A stretch of 52,230 nucleotides of DNA from Promethearchaeota archaeon (GCA_048938385.1 JBHLMG010000016.1:1-52230), one strand, 5' to 3'; positions 19,320 to 29,664 are shown, counted from the first letter of the stretch. Made by a program: numbers and translations. Notes: generated from the sequence alone by a model not told the origin.

Positions 19320-20249
19320 TTGTCAATGGTTGAAAAACGCGATTTAATCGTCGTAGGATGTGGACCAGGCGGCATGACCGCGGGACTCTACGCTGCGCGC
19401 ATGGGCTTAAAGGCAGTCATACTAGAAAGTGGCATTTGTGGTGGTCGTATGATGAATGCCTGGCAAATTGAAAACTATCCTGGGTATGAGAATATCAGCG
19501 GTGGAGAACTTAGCATGAAAATGAAAGCCCAAGCAGAGAAGGCAGGAGTAGAAATTCACGAGATGACTCGCGTGGAGAGCTTCCGATTTACTGATTCTGA
19601 AAAAGTAGCAGTCACGAGCGGTGGGGAAGAATTTCAGGCACCAGCCATGATCCTAGCAATGGGAGCATGTGATGTTGAACTAGGTGTTCCAGGAGAGGTC
19701 GAGTATCACGGTAGAGGTATTAGTTATTGTGCTACCTGTGATGGCCCCCTATTTCGGGGAAAAACCGTAGTTGTTATCGGAGGGGGAAATACAGCGGCAA
19801 TGGATACGCTCTTTCTCGCCAATCTCGTGGATAAAGTCTATCTTGTTCACCGTCGTGATCAACTCAGAGCCGATAAAATTTATGCCGACCGTCTAAAAGC
19901 CCTTCCAAATGTCGAAATCCTTTGGGACACCATCTTACTCGAGGTGTTGGGTGAAGAAGTCGTTACTAGTGTCAAGCTGCGTAACAAAAAAACAGAGCGT
20001 GAATGGACGCAAAAAGTTGATGGTGTTTTTATCGCAGTGGGTTGCTCCCCTAATAGCACTTTTTGTGAACCTGTGGGAATAGAACTAGATGCGGGAGGCA
20101 ATATCGTTGTGGATCAACATCAGCAAACCAATGTCCCAGGTGTTTATGCGATAGGAGATATCACGGGTGAACCCCGGCAAATTGTTCGTGCTTGTGGTGA
20201 CGCCGTAAGAGCCGTAACTCATTGGCTCAGTGTGCGACCTATCCAATGA
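19320..20249 (+). CDS. trxB: Thioredoxin-disulfide reductase
   Basis: GCGPGG FAD motif, IENYPG, GISYCATCDG redox CxxC, GGGNTA, HRRD NADPH motif, TNVPGVYAIGD. Confidence 0.93.
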   Translation: MSMVEKRDLIVVGCGPGGMTAGLYAARMGLKAVILESGICGGRMMNAWQIENYPGYENISGGELSMKMKAQAEKAGVEIHEMTRVESFRFTDSEKVAVTSGGEEFQAPAMILAMGACDVELGVPGEVEYHGRGISYCATCDGPLFRGKTVVVIGGGNTAAMDTLFLANLVDKVYLVHRRDQLRADKIYADRLKALPNVEILWDTILLEVLGEEVVTSVKLRNKKTEREWTQKVDGVFIAVGCSPNSTFCEPVGIELDAGGNIVVDQHQQTNVPGVYAIGDITGEPRQIVRACGDAVRAVTHWLSVRPIQ

Positions 20250-20325
20250 AGAAGCATCGAACCACAAGGTTTTAAGGGATTTCATGCCGTGAAGGTCCGT
20301 ACACCCGACACTGGAGGAACATTGC

Positions 20326-21519
20326 GTGCGTAGGTTAAAATCCGCTCTGATCCTTGGCGCATTCGTACTTGTAATGCTGAGTCCGTTGACAGCAATGGCT
20401 GCATCCTCCCGACAAGACTCGATTGTCCTATTCTCGATTAGCTGCCTTGATGACACAGGTGGCGGCCTACTCCACCCTGGAGCGAGCACCATTGGTGCTA
20501 CTATGTCGTATTCATTCGCCATCGCTAATGTCTTTGAAACAATGGGTGTTTGGGAGGGAGCAGACCTCCTCCTGCCCGATCGCGTTCTCAAGGACAATAT
20601 GACAGCATGGATAGAGCAACTCCAAGTTACCGATAGTGATGCCCTTGATTATGGTGGGATCTTAGCATACTCAAGTGCATCAAACGCCACATTAATGAGT
20701 AGTTTTTACGCCGTTCTAGCCTTGACAGCTCTGGCTCAAACCGATGCCCTTGATGACACAAGTCTTCTTAATTTCATTATAAATCTTCAACTAACCAACG
20801 CTACCGAACATCCTGAAACTGTAGGCGGATTTACCGATAGAGCGTTTAACAGCTCAGCGACGGTTGCAGCGACCTACTATGCCCTTGAAATCCTGAACAC
20901 TTACGACCAACTTACTCTCATCAACCAGTCCCTAGCCATCAGCTGGCTGAACTCCAGTCAGCTTCTAGGCTCGCCGTCTTCAACGAGTTATGGGGGATTC
21001 GCTAACGGTCGTAATAGTACCACAGCAGATTTGCAGTCCACTTTTATGGCTATTCGAAGTCTTGAGCTCCTCAACGCCCTGTCTGTTATTAATCAAACAG
21101 CGACAATCAGCTATATTCTTCCCCACTACCGATCTGATTTGAATTATCCACAGTTTATTGGTGGCTTTAGTACAACACCCGATGATCCCGTAGCAACTCA
21201 TTGGGCAACATATTATGCTGTAGCAACCTTACTACTCCTCGGAGCGGAAGCACAGCTTACACCTGATGCAATTATCACATGGGTTCTGAGCACTCAGAAC
21301 ACGGATGGCGGTTTTGCTGATACCCCTGGATCAAGTGGCTTTTCACCCCAGACAAATTTAGCGATATCTACCTTGGCACTACTTGATGCCCTCGCCCGAC
21401 TTCAAGAGCCGTTTGGTAATGAGCCATATGTTTTTCCTTGGTGGATTTTAGCCATCGCCATCATTATTATCGTGGTCGTCCTCTTCATCTACATCGCACG
21501 ACGCGCTGAGTGGTTCTAG
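20326..21519 (+). CDS. Exported, C-terminally anchored prenyltransferase/squalene-cyclase-repeat (alpha/alpha barrel) protein
   Basis: Signal peptide; repeated Q-x-x-D/Y-GGF...T-Y-Y-A-L motifs; C-terminal TM WWILAIAIIIIVVVLFIYIA followed by RR. Confidence 0.75.
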   Translation: MRRLKSALILGAFVLVMLSPLTAMAASSRQDSIVLFSISCLDDTGGGLLHPGASTIGATMSYSFAIANVFETMGVWEGADLLLPDRVLKDNMTAWIEQLQVTDSDALDYGGILAYSSASNATLMSSFYAVLALTALAQTDALDDTSLLNFIINLQLTNATEHPETVGGFTDRAFNSSATVAATYYALEILNTYDQLTLINQSLAISWLNSSQLLGSPSSTSYGGFANGRNSTTADLQSTFMAIRSLELLNALSVINQTATISYILPHYRSDLNYPQFIGGFSTTPDDPVATHWATYYAVATLLLLGAEAQLTPDAIITWVLSTQNTDGGFADTPGSSGFSPQTNLAISTLALLDALARLQEPFGNEPYVFPWWILAIAIIIIVVVLFIYIARRAEWF

Positions 21520-21595
21520 CCCTATTTTCCCTCCTAGATCGCCTGGAAGCAAGCACAACTAGTTGAAGGAAGGTTTTTAATGGGTCAACGATTGA

Positions 21596-22996
21596 GTGCT
21601 TCCAGAGGTATCAAAATTGAGTACATGGTCCATACTTGCAGCGGTTCGTGAAGACCCCGAAAGTCTCCGGAAATCCCAACTCCGTCGGGGACTGAATACT
21701 ACTATAGTCAACGACGCTGTCAAATTAGACACAGAATGGCGGAAAAATCGTACAGACCTTGCGGAGCTACAACAACAACGCAATCAAATCGCTCAACAAA
21801 TCGGAAAAACGAGAGACAAGGCAAAGAAAGCAGACCTTATTCGCAAGTCCAAAGAGCTTTCTGAACAGGTTTCAAAGGGAGAACAAAGACTTTCTGAATT
21901 AGAAAAGAACCGGTCAGATGCGTTGCGTAATATTGCTAATATTGTTCACGAATCAGTTCCTGATGGAATGGATGAAGCTGATGCCCGTCCTGTCAAGTAT
22001 GTTGGCAAGCCGCGAGTGTGGAAGAACTATGTTGACCAGTTTCTCAACGCGGCTAAAGGAATGAAGGTCGAATATGAAGTGGTTGAAGAACAAACAATGA
22101 GCCATTATGACATCTCCGAACAATTAGGACTTATTGAGACAACGCGCGCCGCGAAGGTTGCTGGATCCCGTTTTTATTACCTTATAGATGACATTGTATG
22201 GTTGGATTTGGCTTTAGCCCTATATGCGTTAGATAACATCAGTAAGCACGGCTTCAAACCCATAATTCCTCCTCACATGCTCAACTACGCAGCCTATAGC
22301 GGAGTCATCGACATAACCGCCTTCGAGGACTCGCTCTACAAACTAGAAGACCAAGATTTGTACCTGATCGCGACCTCTGAACACCCAATTGCTGCACAAT
22401 TCATGAACGAAGTGCTAGAAATCGATGAACTTCCCCTTCAGATTGCAGGATACAGTCCTTGTTACCGGAAGGAGGCGGGAGCCCATGGAAAAGATACTAA
22501 GGGAATCTTTCGCGTTCATCAGTTCTCCAAGGTGGAAATGTTCGTCTTCTGCCTACCAGAGGACTCTTGGACATGGATCGATAAAATGATCGCCATCGAA
22601 GAAGCAATTTGGACTCCCTTAGGTATTCCATTCCGCATCGTCACATTACCCAGCGGAGACTTTAGCCGCGTAGCGGCCAAAACCTACGATCTAGAGCTCT
22701 GGATGCCTTCTCAAGGCACCTACCGAGAATTCGTCTCTTGCAGCAACTGCACCGACTACCAATCTTACCGACTGAACACACGGTACGCTGAAAAACGGGG
22801 ACACCCCACACAAGGATTCGTTCATACCCTGAACTCTACTGTTATTGCGACCACACGCTCCATTACTGCAGTACTCGAAAACAACCTCCAACCAGATGGA
22901 CGCATCCTCATTCCTAAACCCCTCCTAGCCTACCTAAAACCGATTGAGACCGCTCCAGACAAATACATCATTCCTGCAGATATGAAAAAGAAATGA
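21596..22996 (+). CDS. serS: Serine--tRNA ligase (type 1)
   Basis: N-terminal coiled coil, GSRFYYL, YLIATSEHP, CYRKEAG, GIFRVHQFSKVE, SCSNCTDYQS, HTLNST. Confidence 0.97.
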   Translation: MLPEVSKLSTWSILAAVREDPESLRKSQLRRGLNTTIVNDAVKLDTEWRKNRTDLAELQQQRNQIAQQIGKTRDKAKKADLIRKSKELSEQVSKGEQRLSELEKNRSDALRNIANIVHESVPDGMDEADARPVKYVGKPRVWKNYVDQFLNAAKGMKVEYEVVEEQTMSHYDISEQLGLIETTRAAKVAGSRFYYLIDDIVWLDLALALYALDNISKHGFKPIIPPHMLNYAAYSGVIDITAFEDSLYKLEDQDLYLIATSEHPIAAQFMNEVLEIDELPLQIAGYSPCYRKEAGAHGKDTKGIFRVHQFSKVEMFVFCLPEDSWTWIDKMIAIEEAIWTPLGIPFRIVTLPSGDFSRVAAKTYDLELWMPSQGTYREFVSCSNCTDYQSYRLNTRYAEKRGHPTQGFVHTLNSTVIATTRSITAVLENNLQPDGRILIPKPLLAYLKPIETAPDKYIIPADMKKK

Positions 22997-23106
22997 TGAG
23001 CAAGTTGTTGTTGAGCTTAAATGCGGTGCTTCGACAGCATTAATAACTCTGAAAAAAACACAATATTTCCTTCTCCCTCCAAAAAGAATTATTAACACTC
23101 AGCAAT

Positions 23107-23985
23107 ATGTTACCCTGTCCGATGGAGTTGGTGACCTGCGTGCCCAATAAATTAGTCATGCTCCGTATCGTTGATACCGGTGAAACAGTGCAAATAACTG
23201 ACGGGGCTCCAGCGAAGACTCATATGAAAGCAGATGAAGTCCTGATAATCATTGACGATGACGCACGCCTCATCTGGATATGGAAAGGCAGTGATGCACC
23301 CGTTCGTCGAAAATTCATTGCGGCTCGACGCGCCTCTGGAATTCGTGACCAACGCGGTCTCGTGTACAAGATCATGTCTGAAGATGAAGGGCAAGAAGAT
23401 TCAACCTTCCTTGAAGCTATGGGGCAACCCTTGTCTACAAAGCCCGATGAAGTCGCCGCCGCCGTTCATCAACCACCTTCGCCCCCGCCTTCCCCTATAC
23501 ACGCAGCCGAGCCCACCCAACCAACTTCGATGCCTGAACCTACGCCTCAAGATTACACGGAGGCTGTGGTAGCAGCGAGAAGAAGACCCGAACGCCAACC
23601 CGTTCAAGCGCCTCGACCACCTTCAGAGATTATAGAACAAGTTCAGCAACTAGAAGCCGTTCCGGGCTTTCGTCGGGAATTCGTGCTAATTGGGTTTGAT
23701 GCCTTTGGCACTACAGAAGAAATCACCACTGTGTTAGGTAAAAAAACCATCACCCGAAAACTCCAGCGAATTGATAAACTTCCAGAGGGCACAATCTTTG
23801 CCCAAGGATATACTCCTCGAGTAGTAATCAAAGACGGACAAGTTCTCGCAATTGAATTCCTTAAAAAACTAGAAGAAGAGGAATACCTCCATGAAACGCC
23901 CTCAATGCGAGAGCAAATGGCACAACAGATTACGGATCTCATTGAGGCATCTAGAAGCGAAAAAAGTTCCCGAAAAGCGAAATGA
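23107..23985 (+). CDS. Single gelsolin-domain protein with Pro-rich linker and extra C-terminal domain (Asgard 1DGelX-like)
   Basis: VLIIIDD..RLIWIWKGSDAPVRRKF.A...A...EDEGQEDSTFL gelsolin-repeat pattern; PPSPPPSP linker; start uncertain (23107-23158). Confidence 0.82.
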   Translation: MLPCPMELVTCVPNKLVMLRIVDTGETVQITDGAPAKTHMKADEVLIIIDDDARLIWIWKGSDAPVRRKFIAARRASGIRDQRGLVYKIMSEDEGQEDSTFLEAMGQPLSTKPDEVAAAVHQPPSPPPSPIHAAEPTQPTSMPEPTPQDYTEAVVAARRRPERQPVQAPRPPSEIIEQVQQLEAVPGFRREFVLIGFDAFGTTEEITTVLGKKTITRKLQRIDKLPEGTIFAQGYTPRVVIKDGQVLAIEFLKKLEEEEYLHETPSMREQMAQQITDLIEASRSEKSSRKAK

Positions 23986-24015
23986 GAACTAACAACAGAA
24001 TCATGAGGGGATCTT

Positions 24016-24408
24016 ATGCAACAATTTGCGATGAGCGAAGAAGAAGCAAAGCAATTGGCAATGTATTTACGCGAAATTACACTGTATACAGAACTAGAAA
24101 CTCTTGCGGTTGTCACTAAGGCGGGCCGTCGGGTCGCTTTCAGCTCAACCAAGGGCGTCGATATTGATCCTGACTTACTATCCGCCATTTCAGCAGTCTT
24201 ACTGCAAACGGGAATTGAAGCCGTTACCAAACTCGAGTTTAATCCCTTGTTTGAATTAATCGTTCGAGGCGAAAAGGGTATCATCGTTGTAACTGATGCG
24301 GGACCACTCGTTTTGATTGGTGCAGGGGTGAAAATCGAGTCACTAGGTCATGTTGTATCCGTATTTCGCCACTTTGGACGAGAAATTGCAGCTTTATTTG
24401 CAAAATAG
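24016..24408 (+). CDS. Roadblock/LC7 (MglB-like) domain protein
   Basis: AVVTKAG..VA, LLSAISAVL, LIVRGEKGIIVV..AG, SLG; 130 aa. Confidence 0.85.
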   Translation: MQQFAMSEEEAKQLAMYLREITLYTELETLAVVTKAGRRVAFSSTKGVDIDPDLLSAISAVLLQTGIEAVTKLEFNPLFELIVRGEKGIIVVTDAGPLVLIGAGVKIESLGHVVSVFRHFGREIAALFAK

Positions 24409-24444
24409 TGAGGATTTTTCCTCTCTGTCCCCATAAAAAGCGGG

Positions 24445-25032
24445 ATGACAGTTTTCAAATTTCTTTCTATTTGTGATACATTAAAACGTGTACCTCGAAC
24501 AGGCTGGCTCATGCGAGGAGTCCCAGCCTCTACGGCAGAAGATGTAGCAAGCCATTCCCACTCCACCGCTATTCTTACTCTTCTGTTAGCAACACAAGCT
24601 GAAATGAACCAAGATTTAGGACGCCTTCTCACAATGGCGCTCATCCATGATTTACCTGAAGCCCTTATCGGTGATATTCCGCGAAGCGCCCAAGTTGCCA
24701 ACTCAGCCCTCCGAATTGCCAAAAACAAAGCCGAAGATGAGGCAATGCTACAAATTCTTAACAATCTACCCAGGGTGCATCGTGAATATCTTACCAAGAT
24801 ATGGAAAGAATATCACGAGGGGAACTCTCTGAGCGCGAGGATAGTAGAAGCCGCAGACCAACTTGCCACCTTAATACACGCAGCCCTATTAGTGAAGAGC
24901 GGGTACCCAGTAGAGCTCTTTTCGCCATTTCTTGTAAACGCTGAAGGTATGTTGCAAACCCTCGAATTGCCTGTCATTGATGAGTTACTCACCCACTTAC
25001 GCCAAATCCTATCACACAGAAACCAGGACTAA
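24445..25032 (+). CDS. HD-domain hydrolase (YfbR/HDDC2-like 5'-deoxynucleotidase)
   Basis: LKRVPRTGW, EDVASHS, MALIHDLPEALIGDIP, AAD. Confidence 0.88.
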   Translation: MTVFKFLSICDTLKRVPRTGWLMRGVPASTAEDVASHSHSTAILTLLLATQAEMNQDLGRLLTMALIHDLPEALIGDIPRSAQVANSALRIAKNKAEDEAMLQILNNLPRVHREYLTKIWKEYHEGNSLSARIVEAADQLATLIHAALLVKSGYPVELFSPFLVNAEGMLQTLELPVIDELLTHLRQILSHRNQD

Positions 25033-25118
25033 TCTACACTTTATGCTACAAGTAGCATGTAGAAGAAATCTTTAAGACGAGTCCTTGCTGAGGAACCGGC
25101 AGGAGGTTCATCACAATC

Positions 25119-26477
25119 GTGCCAAAATCCAAACCACCCACAGACAAAGGAACTGCTACCCTTTTTCGAACCCATTACTCAAATGAATTAGGACCAGAGC
25201 TAGCAGGGCAACAAGTGACGATTACTGGGTGGGTGCAGCGGATTCGTCGGTTGGGTAAAATAAGCTTCTTACTCGTTCGCGACCGTGAAGGAATCACCCA
25301 ATGTACCTTTCCCCATGCTAGTACAGCCCCCGCACTATTGAAGAAGCTGGATCAATTGGACAACGAGTATGCAGTTGTTGTCAGGGGACATGTGAAAGCG
25401 GAAAAACAAGCCCGCCAAGGAGTTGAAGTTATTCCCGAAAAGATTATCCTAGTAAATACCGCTCCAACTACTCTGCCTCTAGATACCTCAGGGAAGGTGG
25501 AGGCAGATATCGGAACCCGATTTGATAACCGAGTAATGGATTTACGACGCAGTGAAGTCCAACGCTTGTTTAAGATTCAACATTTCACAGTTTCTCAGAT
25601 GCGACGATTCCTTGAAGCACACAACTTCCGTGAAATTCACACACCAAAAATCGTCGCTACCGCTACAGAAGGGGGAGCAGATTTGTTTGAAGTAAAGTAC
25701 TTCGAACGGAAGGCCTTCCTTGCACAAAGCCCACAATTTTATAAACAGCTTTGTTTAGTGGGTGGCTTCGATCGTGTGTACGAAGTTGCCCCAGTGTATC
25801 GTGCAGAGAAGCATAACACGCCTCGCCACCTAAATGAGTACACGAGTTTTGATTTTGAGATGGCGTGGATACAAAGTGAAGAAGATGTAATGCGGCTTGA
25901 GGAGCAGATGCTCCACGAAGTGTTCACAAGCGTGCGAAAAACCTGTGCTCAGGAGCTAAAGGAACTAAAAGCTGAAATCAAAGTGCCTAAGCTTCCTATT
26001 AAGCGGATCGAAGTGCGTGATGCTATTAGGATACTGCAGAAAGAAGGGTTCGATATACCTCAAGACTCTGATATCCCCAGTGAAGGCGAAGAAAAACTCT
26101 TTCAACTCGTCTTCAAGGAAACTGGAGAAGAGTTCTTCTTTCTCACACAGTATCCTACAGCAATTCGCCCGTTCTATACGATGCCATTAGAAAGCGATCC
26201 TACCTTAACACATGGCTTTGACCTTGTGTACCGTGGAATGGAAGTAACTACTGGGAGTCAACGCATCCACCAATACGATTCGCTTGTTAACCAAATCAAG
26301 AAGACAGGACTGAATCCGAGTACCTTTGCGTTCTACATTGAGCCATTCAAGTACGGTGCACCACCACACGGCGGATTAGCCATAGGTATCGAGCGGTTAA
26401 CGATGCAAATGCTTGGATATCAAAACATTCGTGAAGCCGTCCTGTTTCCTCGCGACCGTACCAGGCTTGTTCCTTAA
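25119..26477 (+). CDS. aspS: Aspartate--tRNA ligase, archaeal type
   Basis: RTHYS, GWV OB-fold start, [47 protein letters not shown]. Confidence 0.95.
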   Translation: MPKSKPPTDKGTATLFRTHYSNELGPELAGQQVTITGWVQRIRRLGKISFLLVRDREGITQCTFPHASTAPALLKKLDQLDNEYAVVVRGHVKAEKQARQGVEVIPEKIILVNTAPTTLPLDTSGKVEADIGTRFDNRVMDLRRSEVQRLFKIQHFTVSQMRRFLEAHNFREIHTPKIVATATEGGADLFEVKYFERKAFLAQSPQFYKQLCLVGGFDRVYEVAPVYRAEKHNTPRHLNEYTSFDFEMAWIQSEEDVMRLEEQMLHEVFTSVRKTCAQELKELKAEIKVPKLPIKRIEVRDAIRILQKEGFDIPQDSDIPSEGEEKLFQLVFKETGEEFFFLTQYPTAIRPFYTMPLESDPTLTHGFDLVYRGMEVTTGSQRIHQYDSLVNQIKKTGLNPSTFAFYIEPFKYGAPPHGGLAIGIERLTMQMLGYQNIREAVLFPRDRTRLVP

Positions 26478-26553
26478 ACACCAAAGTCTGAGAAACTTGT
26501 TCGCAGGTAAAGTTCAAGAGGACATTCATGTAATATTTAGAATGGTGAACTAG

Positions 26554-26754
26554 ATGTCATCACCTAGTGACCAGATGACGGCCTATTTCCTCAAAAAAGG
26601 ACAGAACTTAGAAGAACTAGCAGATCACCATGCTGCAATTGGAGAAACTCCTCAAGCCAAAGAGCTCTACGCGCAGGCCCGAGCGATGTATGAACGCTTG
26701 GGTAACGCTGAACTTGTTGGTCGAATTGATGAAAAGGCTGCAAAGCTTGGATGA
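26554..26754 (+). CDS. Small helical-hairpin (TPR-like) hypothetical protein
   Basis: 66-aa ORF with A...G...A...Y..A...YE.LG pattern; fills the intergenic space. Confidence 0.55.
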   Translation: MSSPSDQMTAYFLKKGQNLEELADHHAAIGETPQAKELYAQARAMYERLGNAELVGRIDEKAAKLG

Positions 26755-26764
26755 GTAACGACTG

Positions 26765-27754
26765 CTAGAAAATATTGATGATTCGAGTCGTTGGTTCACT
26801 CAGCAGTCGGACCGCTATGTGGTCAGAATTTTGATTTAAGAGCTCTTGTTCCTCCGGGGTTAATTGTTGCCACAGGTCTGTACTATTGGAACCTTGACTA
26901 TTGGTGAGAATGTAATTGAATTGAGTGGAAGATTGGGGGGTGGGAATGGCATCATGGGTATCGATGATGACCAAGGGGCTCTTAGTGAGGGAATAGCAAG
27001 TACAGAGCCAGTGAAAGAGCTGAGGATTCAAGGGTGGAGGGTCAACGAGGAAGAGGGGCGGAAGTTGTTTTTCGCTCTTTGCTAAGAGTTTAAGCAATAA
27101 GAGATTGAATATAAAGGTTGATTCAGGAAGAGAGGATCCAGTGATTAGCGTGGGGAGATGTTGGAGTCGGGTAAGAGAGATATTATCGTAGTTGGTTGTG
27201 AAGAGTTGATGGGGTAAAGCTTCAAGAAGCTGATGAATCTCCTGGTAAGCTGAACCGTAGCTATGGTATTCAGGCAGAACGCTTTGAAGATACTTCACAG
27301 TAGGGTTCGTAGTAGTGAGGATCACATTCCAAAGAATTACTTGCAGCAGATCTCGTGCTAGTGGAGACAGAGGTGTGAATTCTTCAAAGAGACCAATGAG
27401 AATTGAAATATGTTTGAATGGGTGTAACCCTTGGGCTAGGTCAAAGATATTGAAGGTCACACGGTCTGTTGATAGGTCAAGGTGCCAAAGGGGGCATTCA
27501 CAAACTTGTTCTTCAAATCCCGGAGTCCTTCGTCCTGTTAGAACTAGAACTGGAATCCGGTGGTCGTCACAGAGTTGGATGAAGAGATTATAGTAAATAT
27601 CTTCAGCCCGTGTTCCAATGATGAAGAGGTTGGACAAGTCGTGGAAAGTCAGGGAGAAAGGGTGAGCCCGGGTGTTTTGAATCAGGTACCCAAGTCGAAG
27701 GAGACCCTGAGGTCGTGAAGACTCATCATTGAAGTGTGCACTTTCATCCGACAA
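26765..27754 (-). CDS. Hypothetical protein, possibly a degenerate HerA/FtsK-like ATPase
   Basis: LRLG...F.L....L.NLFIIG lead-in typical of HerA-like domains but no GxxGxGK(T/S); LFLVD at the Walker B position. Confidence 0.45.
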   Translation of the reverse strand: MSDESAHFNDESSRPQGLLRLGYLIQNTRAHPFSLTFHDLSNLFIIGTRAEDIYYNLFIQLCDDHRIPVLVLTGRRTPGFEEQVCECPLWHLDLSTDRVTFNIFDLAQGLHPFKHISILIGLFEEFTPLSPLARDLLQVILWNVILTTTNPTVKYLQSVLPEYHSYGSAYQEIHQLLEALPHQLFTTNYDNISLTRLQHLPTLITGSSLPESTFIFNLLLLKLLAKSEKQLPPLFLVDPPPLNPQLFHWLCTCYSLTKSPLVIIDTHDAIPTPQSSTQFNYILTNSQGSNSTDLWQQLTPEEQELLNQNSDHIAVRLLSEPTTRIINIF

Positions 27755-27936
27755 GTCGTTAACCTAGCTTCTAAGCGTTTATTGACCTTTTTTTAGATAT
27801 TCGTGATAGTCTGTTTGAACAGACAGACATGGAACAGAGAGGTCACTGAAAGTAATCCACAATGAATTTACTATTTGCCGTTTCCTATTTAAACAAGAAG
27901 CGTGCAATGCCCCCCTTGTCAACGAGGCAAAAGCCA

Positions 27937-28851
27937 ATGAACCTTAAAGCATTCATCACTATTACTCGACCTGCAAATCCTTTGTTCGGAAGCCTAACCA
28001 CAATCATAGGTGTTCTCACCACAAACCGGTTCATACTTACTAATCTGATGATAACCCAGTGGACTCTCCTGGATTTAGTCATCGTGCTTCTTTTAACGGC
28101 GCTCACCTACATCTTCATTGCAGCTGCAGGAAATGTTGTAAACGATATCTTTGACATCGAAGTCGATAAAATCAACCGACCCGATCGCCCCCTCCCTAGC
28201 GGTCAGATTAGCATTGGTCAAGCCAAGGCTTGGACAGCGATCCTTGTGGTTATTGGAGTGATATTTTCAATTCTGACTATCCCCTACTCTGCGATTGGTA
28301 TTTGGACGGTGGCAATTGTGGGGCTATTTGCCCTGATTGGGCTCGTGTATGCAGCCAAGGGTAAAGTGATGGGAATTTGGGGTAATTTCACTGTAGCCAT
28401 CAGTTTTGCCTTTGGCCTCTTTTATGGCTCCCTCATCGTTTTTCCAGTTATTCTACCAATCATCTTCGTCTATTTCATCACTGCTGCTAGCGTCCTGCAA
28501 GGACGAGAAGCAATTAAGGGAATTGAAGATATCGAAGGGGATGCAGTTCGGAATGTTCAAACAATTGCTCGCAAGTACGGTATCCGGAAAGCCGCTATGT
28601 TTGCCACCATCTGTAATGTAATCGGGATTATTGGATTCGTGTTCCCTTGGATTGCAAACATACTCGGATGGAACTGGACGGGGTTTCTGTACTTCATTCT
28701 ACTTATTCCCGCTGCATCGTGTGTGGCTTACTCCGCTGTAGTGATTGTCCAAAACCCAGTAAAAAGGGCTACTCGGGCAAGTTTTGCTGACAAAATAGGG
28801 GCATACCTTGGTCTCGTTAACTTCTTGCTTGGAACTATTGTAATTGCCTGA
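27937..28851 (+). CDS. UbiA-family prenyltransferase, probably digeranylgeranylglyceryl-phosphate (DGGGP) synthase
   Basis: ITRPAN, NDIFDIEVDKINRPDRPLPSG, GN, REAIKGIEDIEGD; multiple TM helices. Confidence 0.88.
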   Translation: MNLKAFITITRPANPLFGSLTTIIGVLTTNRFILTNLMITQWTLLDLVIVLLLTALTYIFIAAAGNVVNDIFDIEVDKINRPDRPLPSGQISIGQAKAWTAILVVIGVIFSILTIPYSAIGIWTVAIVGLFALIGLVYAAKGKVMGIWGNFTVAISFAFGLFYGSLIVFPVILPIIFVYFITAASVLQGREAIKGIEDIEGDAVRNVQTIARKYGIRKAAMFATICNVIGIIGFVFPWIANILGWNWTGFLYFILLIPAASCVAYSAVVIVQNPVKRATRASFADKIGAYLGLVNFLLGTIVIA

Positions 28852-28853
28852 TC

Positions 28854-29570
28854 TTGGAGGAAAAAGGACTGCGAATAGCTGCCACCAGCGACATTCACTG
28901 GCCCCACTACCAGGGACTTTTCATCAAAGGACTTCGTCAACTACCTGCAAAACTTGATCTCATGTTAATAGCAGGAGACCTTGTTAACCGTGGCAGCTAC
29001 CGCGGGTTGGCAGCGATTATTCAAAAGCTTGTGGAACATAAAATTTCATGTCCAGTTGTTGCTTGCTTCGGAAACGACGACTATGATTCTGTGAAGGAGT
29101 CCTTACGAGCCAGCGCTCGTGACGCTATTATCTTCCTTGATGATGAGATGACCACTCTGACTATCCGAGGCAATGATGTAGCCGTGGTGGGTAGTCGGGG
29201 TGTGTTAGACCAGCCAACCTATTGGCAAGCACGCAATGTAGCAGGTATCCGCGAAGCGTATACTCAACGAGTAACAAAAATTGATGCGTTACTAGCGTCT
29301 GCTAAAGCCCAAACCCCCCAGACTATTCTACTCACACATTATACGCCTACTTTTAGAACTCTTAAAGGGGAAACGCGACGGGTCTATGGCCAAATGGGAA
29401 GTAAACGAGTTGAAGAGCTGCTCATTAAACATACGCCAATGTTCGCTATTCATGGTCATGCTCACCGAGGGGTCCGGAGAGTGATGGTCAATGAAGTTCC
29501 TGTCTACAATGTTTCGCTTCCCCTCAATCGCACCATTGTTCTACTAAAGACACCTGTAAAGAGATTTTAA
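28854..29570 (+). CDS. Calcineurin-like metallophosphoesterase
   Basis: SDIH, AGDL, FGNDD, THY, HGHAH. Confidence 0.88.
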   Translation: MEEKGLRIAATSDIHWPHYQGLFIKGLRQLPAKLDLMLIAGDLVNRGSYRGLAAIIQKLVEHKISCPVVACFGNDDYDSVKESLRASARDAIIFLDDEMTTLTIRGNDVAVVGSRGVLDQPTYWQARNVAGIREAYTQRVTKIDALLASAKAQTPQTILLTHYTPTFRTLKGETRRVYGQMGSKRVEELLIKHTPMFAIHGHAHRGVRRVMVNEVPVYNVSLPLNRTIVLLKTPVKRF

Positions 29571-29664
29571 ACATGGTGACTGCGCGCGTATCTAAGAATA
29601 AAGTCGGTTGGAAATCCCCATCTAACAGCAGTTAAGCCCGTTAAAGCAAATTCACGAAAAGTAT

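Noticed and set aside
23643-24284. 213-aa antisense ORF and the many other short overlapping ORFs in the track
   Set aside because: They lie antisense to or out of frame within well-supported genes and have no recognisable motifs
24016-24408. Profilin, given its size and position beside gelsolin
   Set aside because: The sequence pattern fits roadblock/LC7 (MglB-like) better
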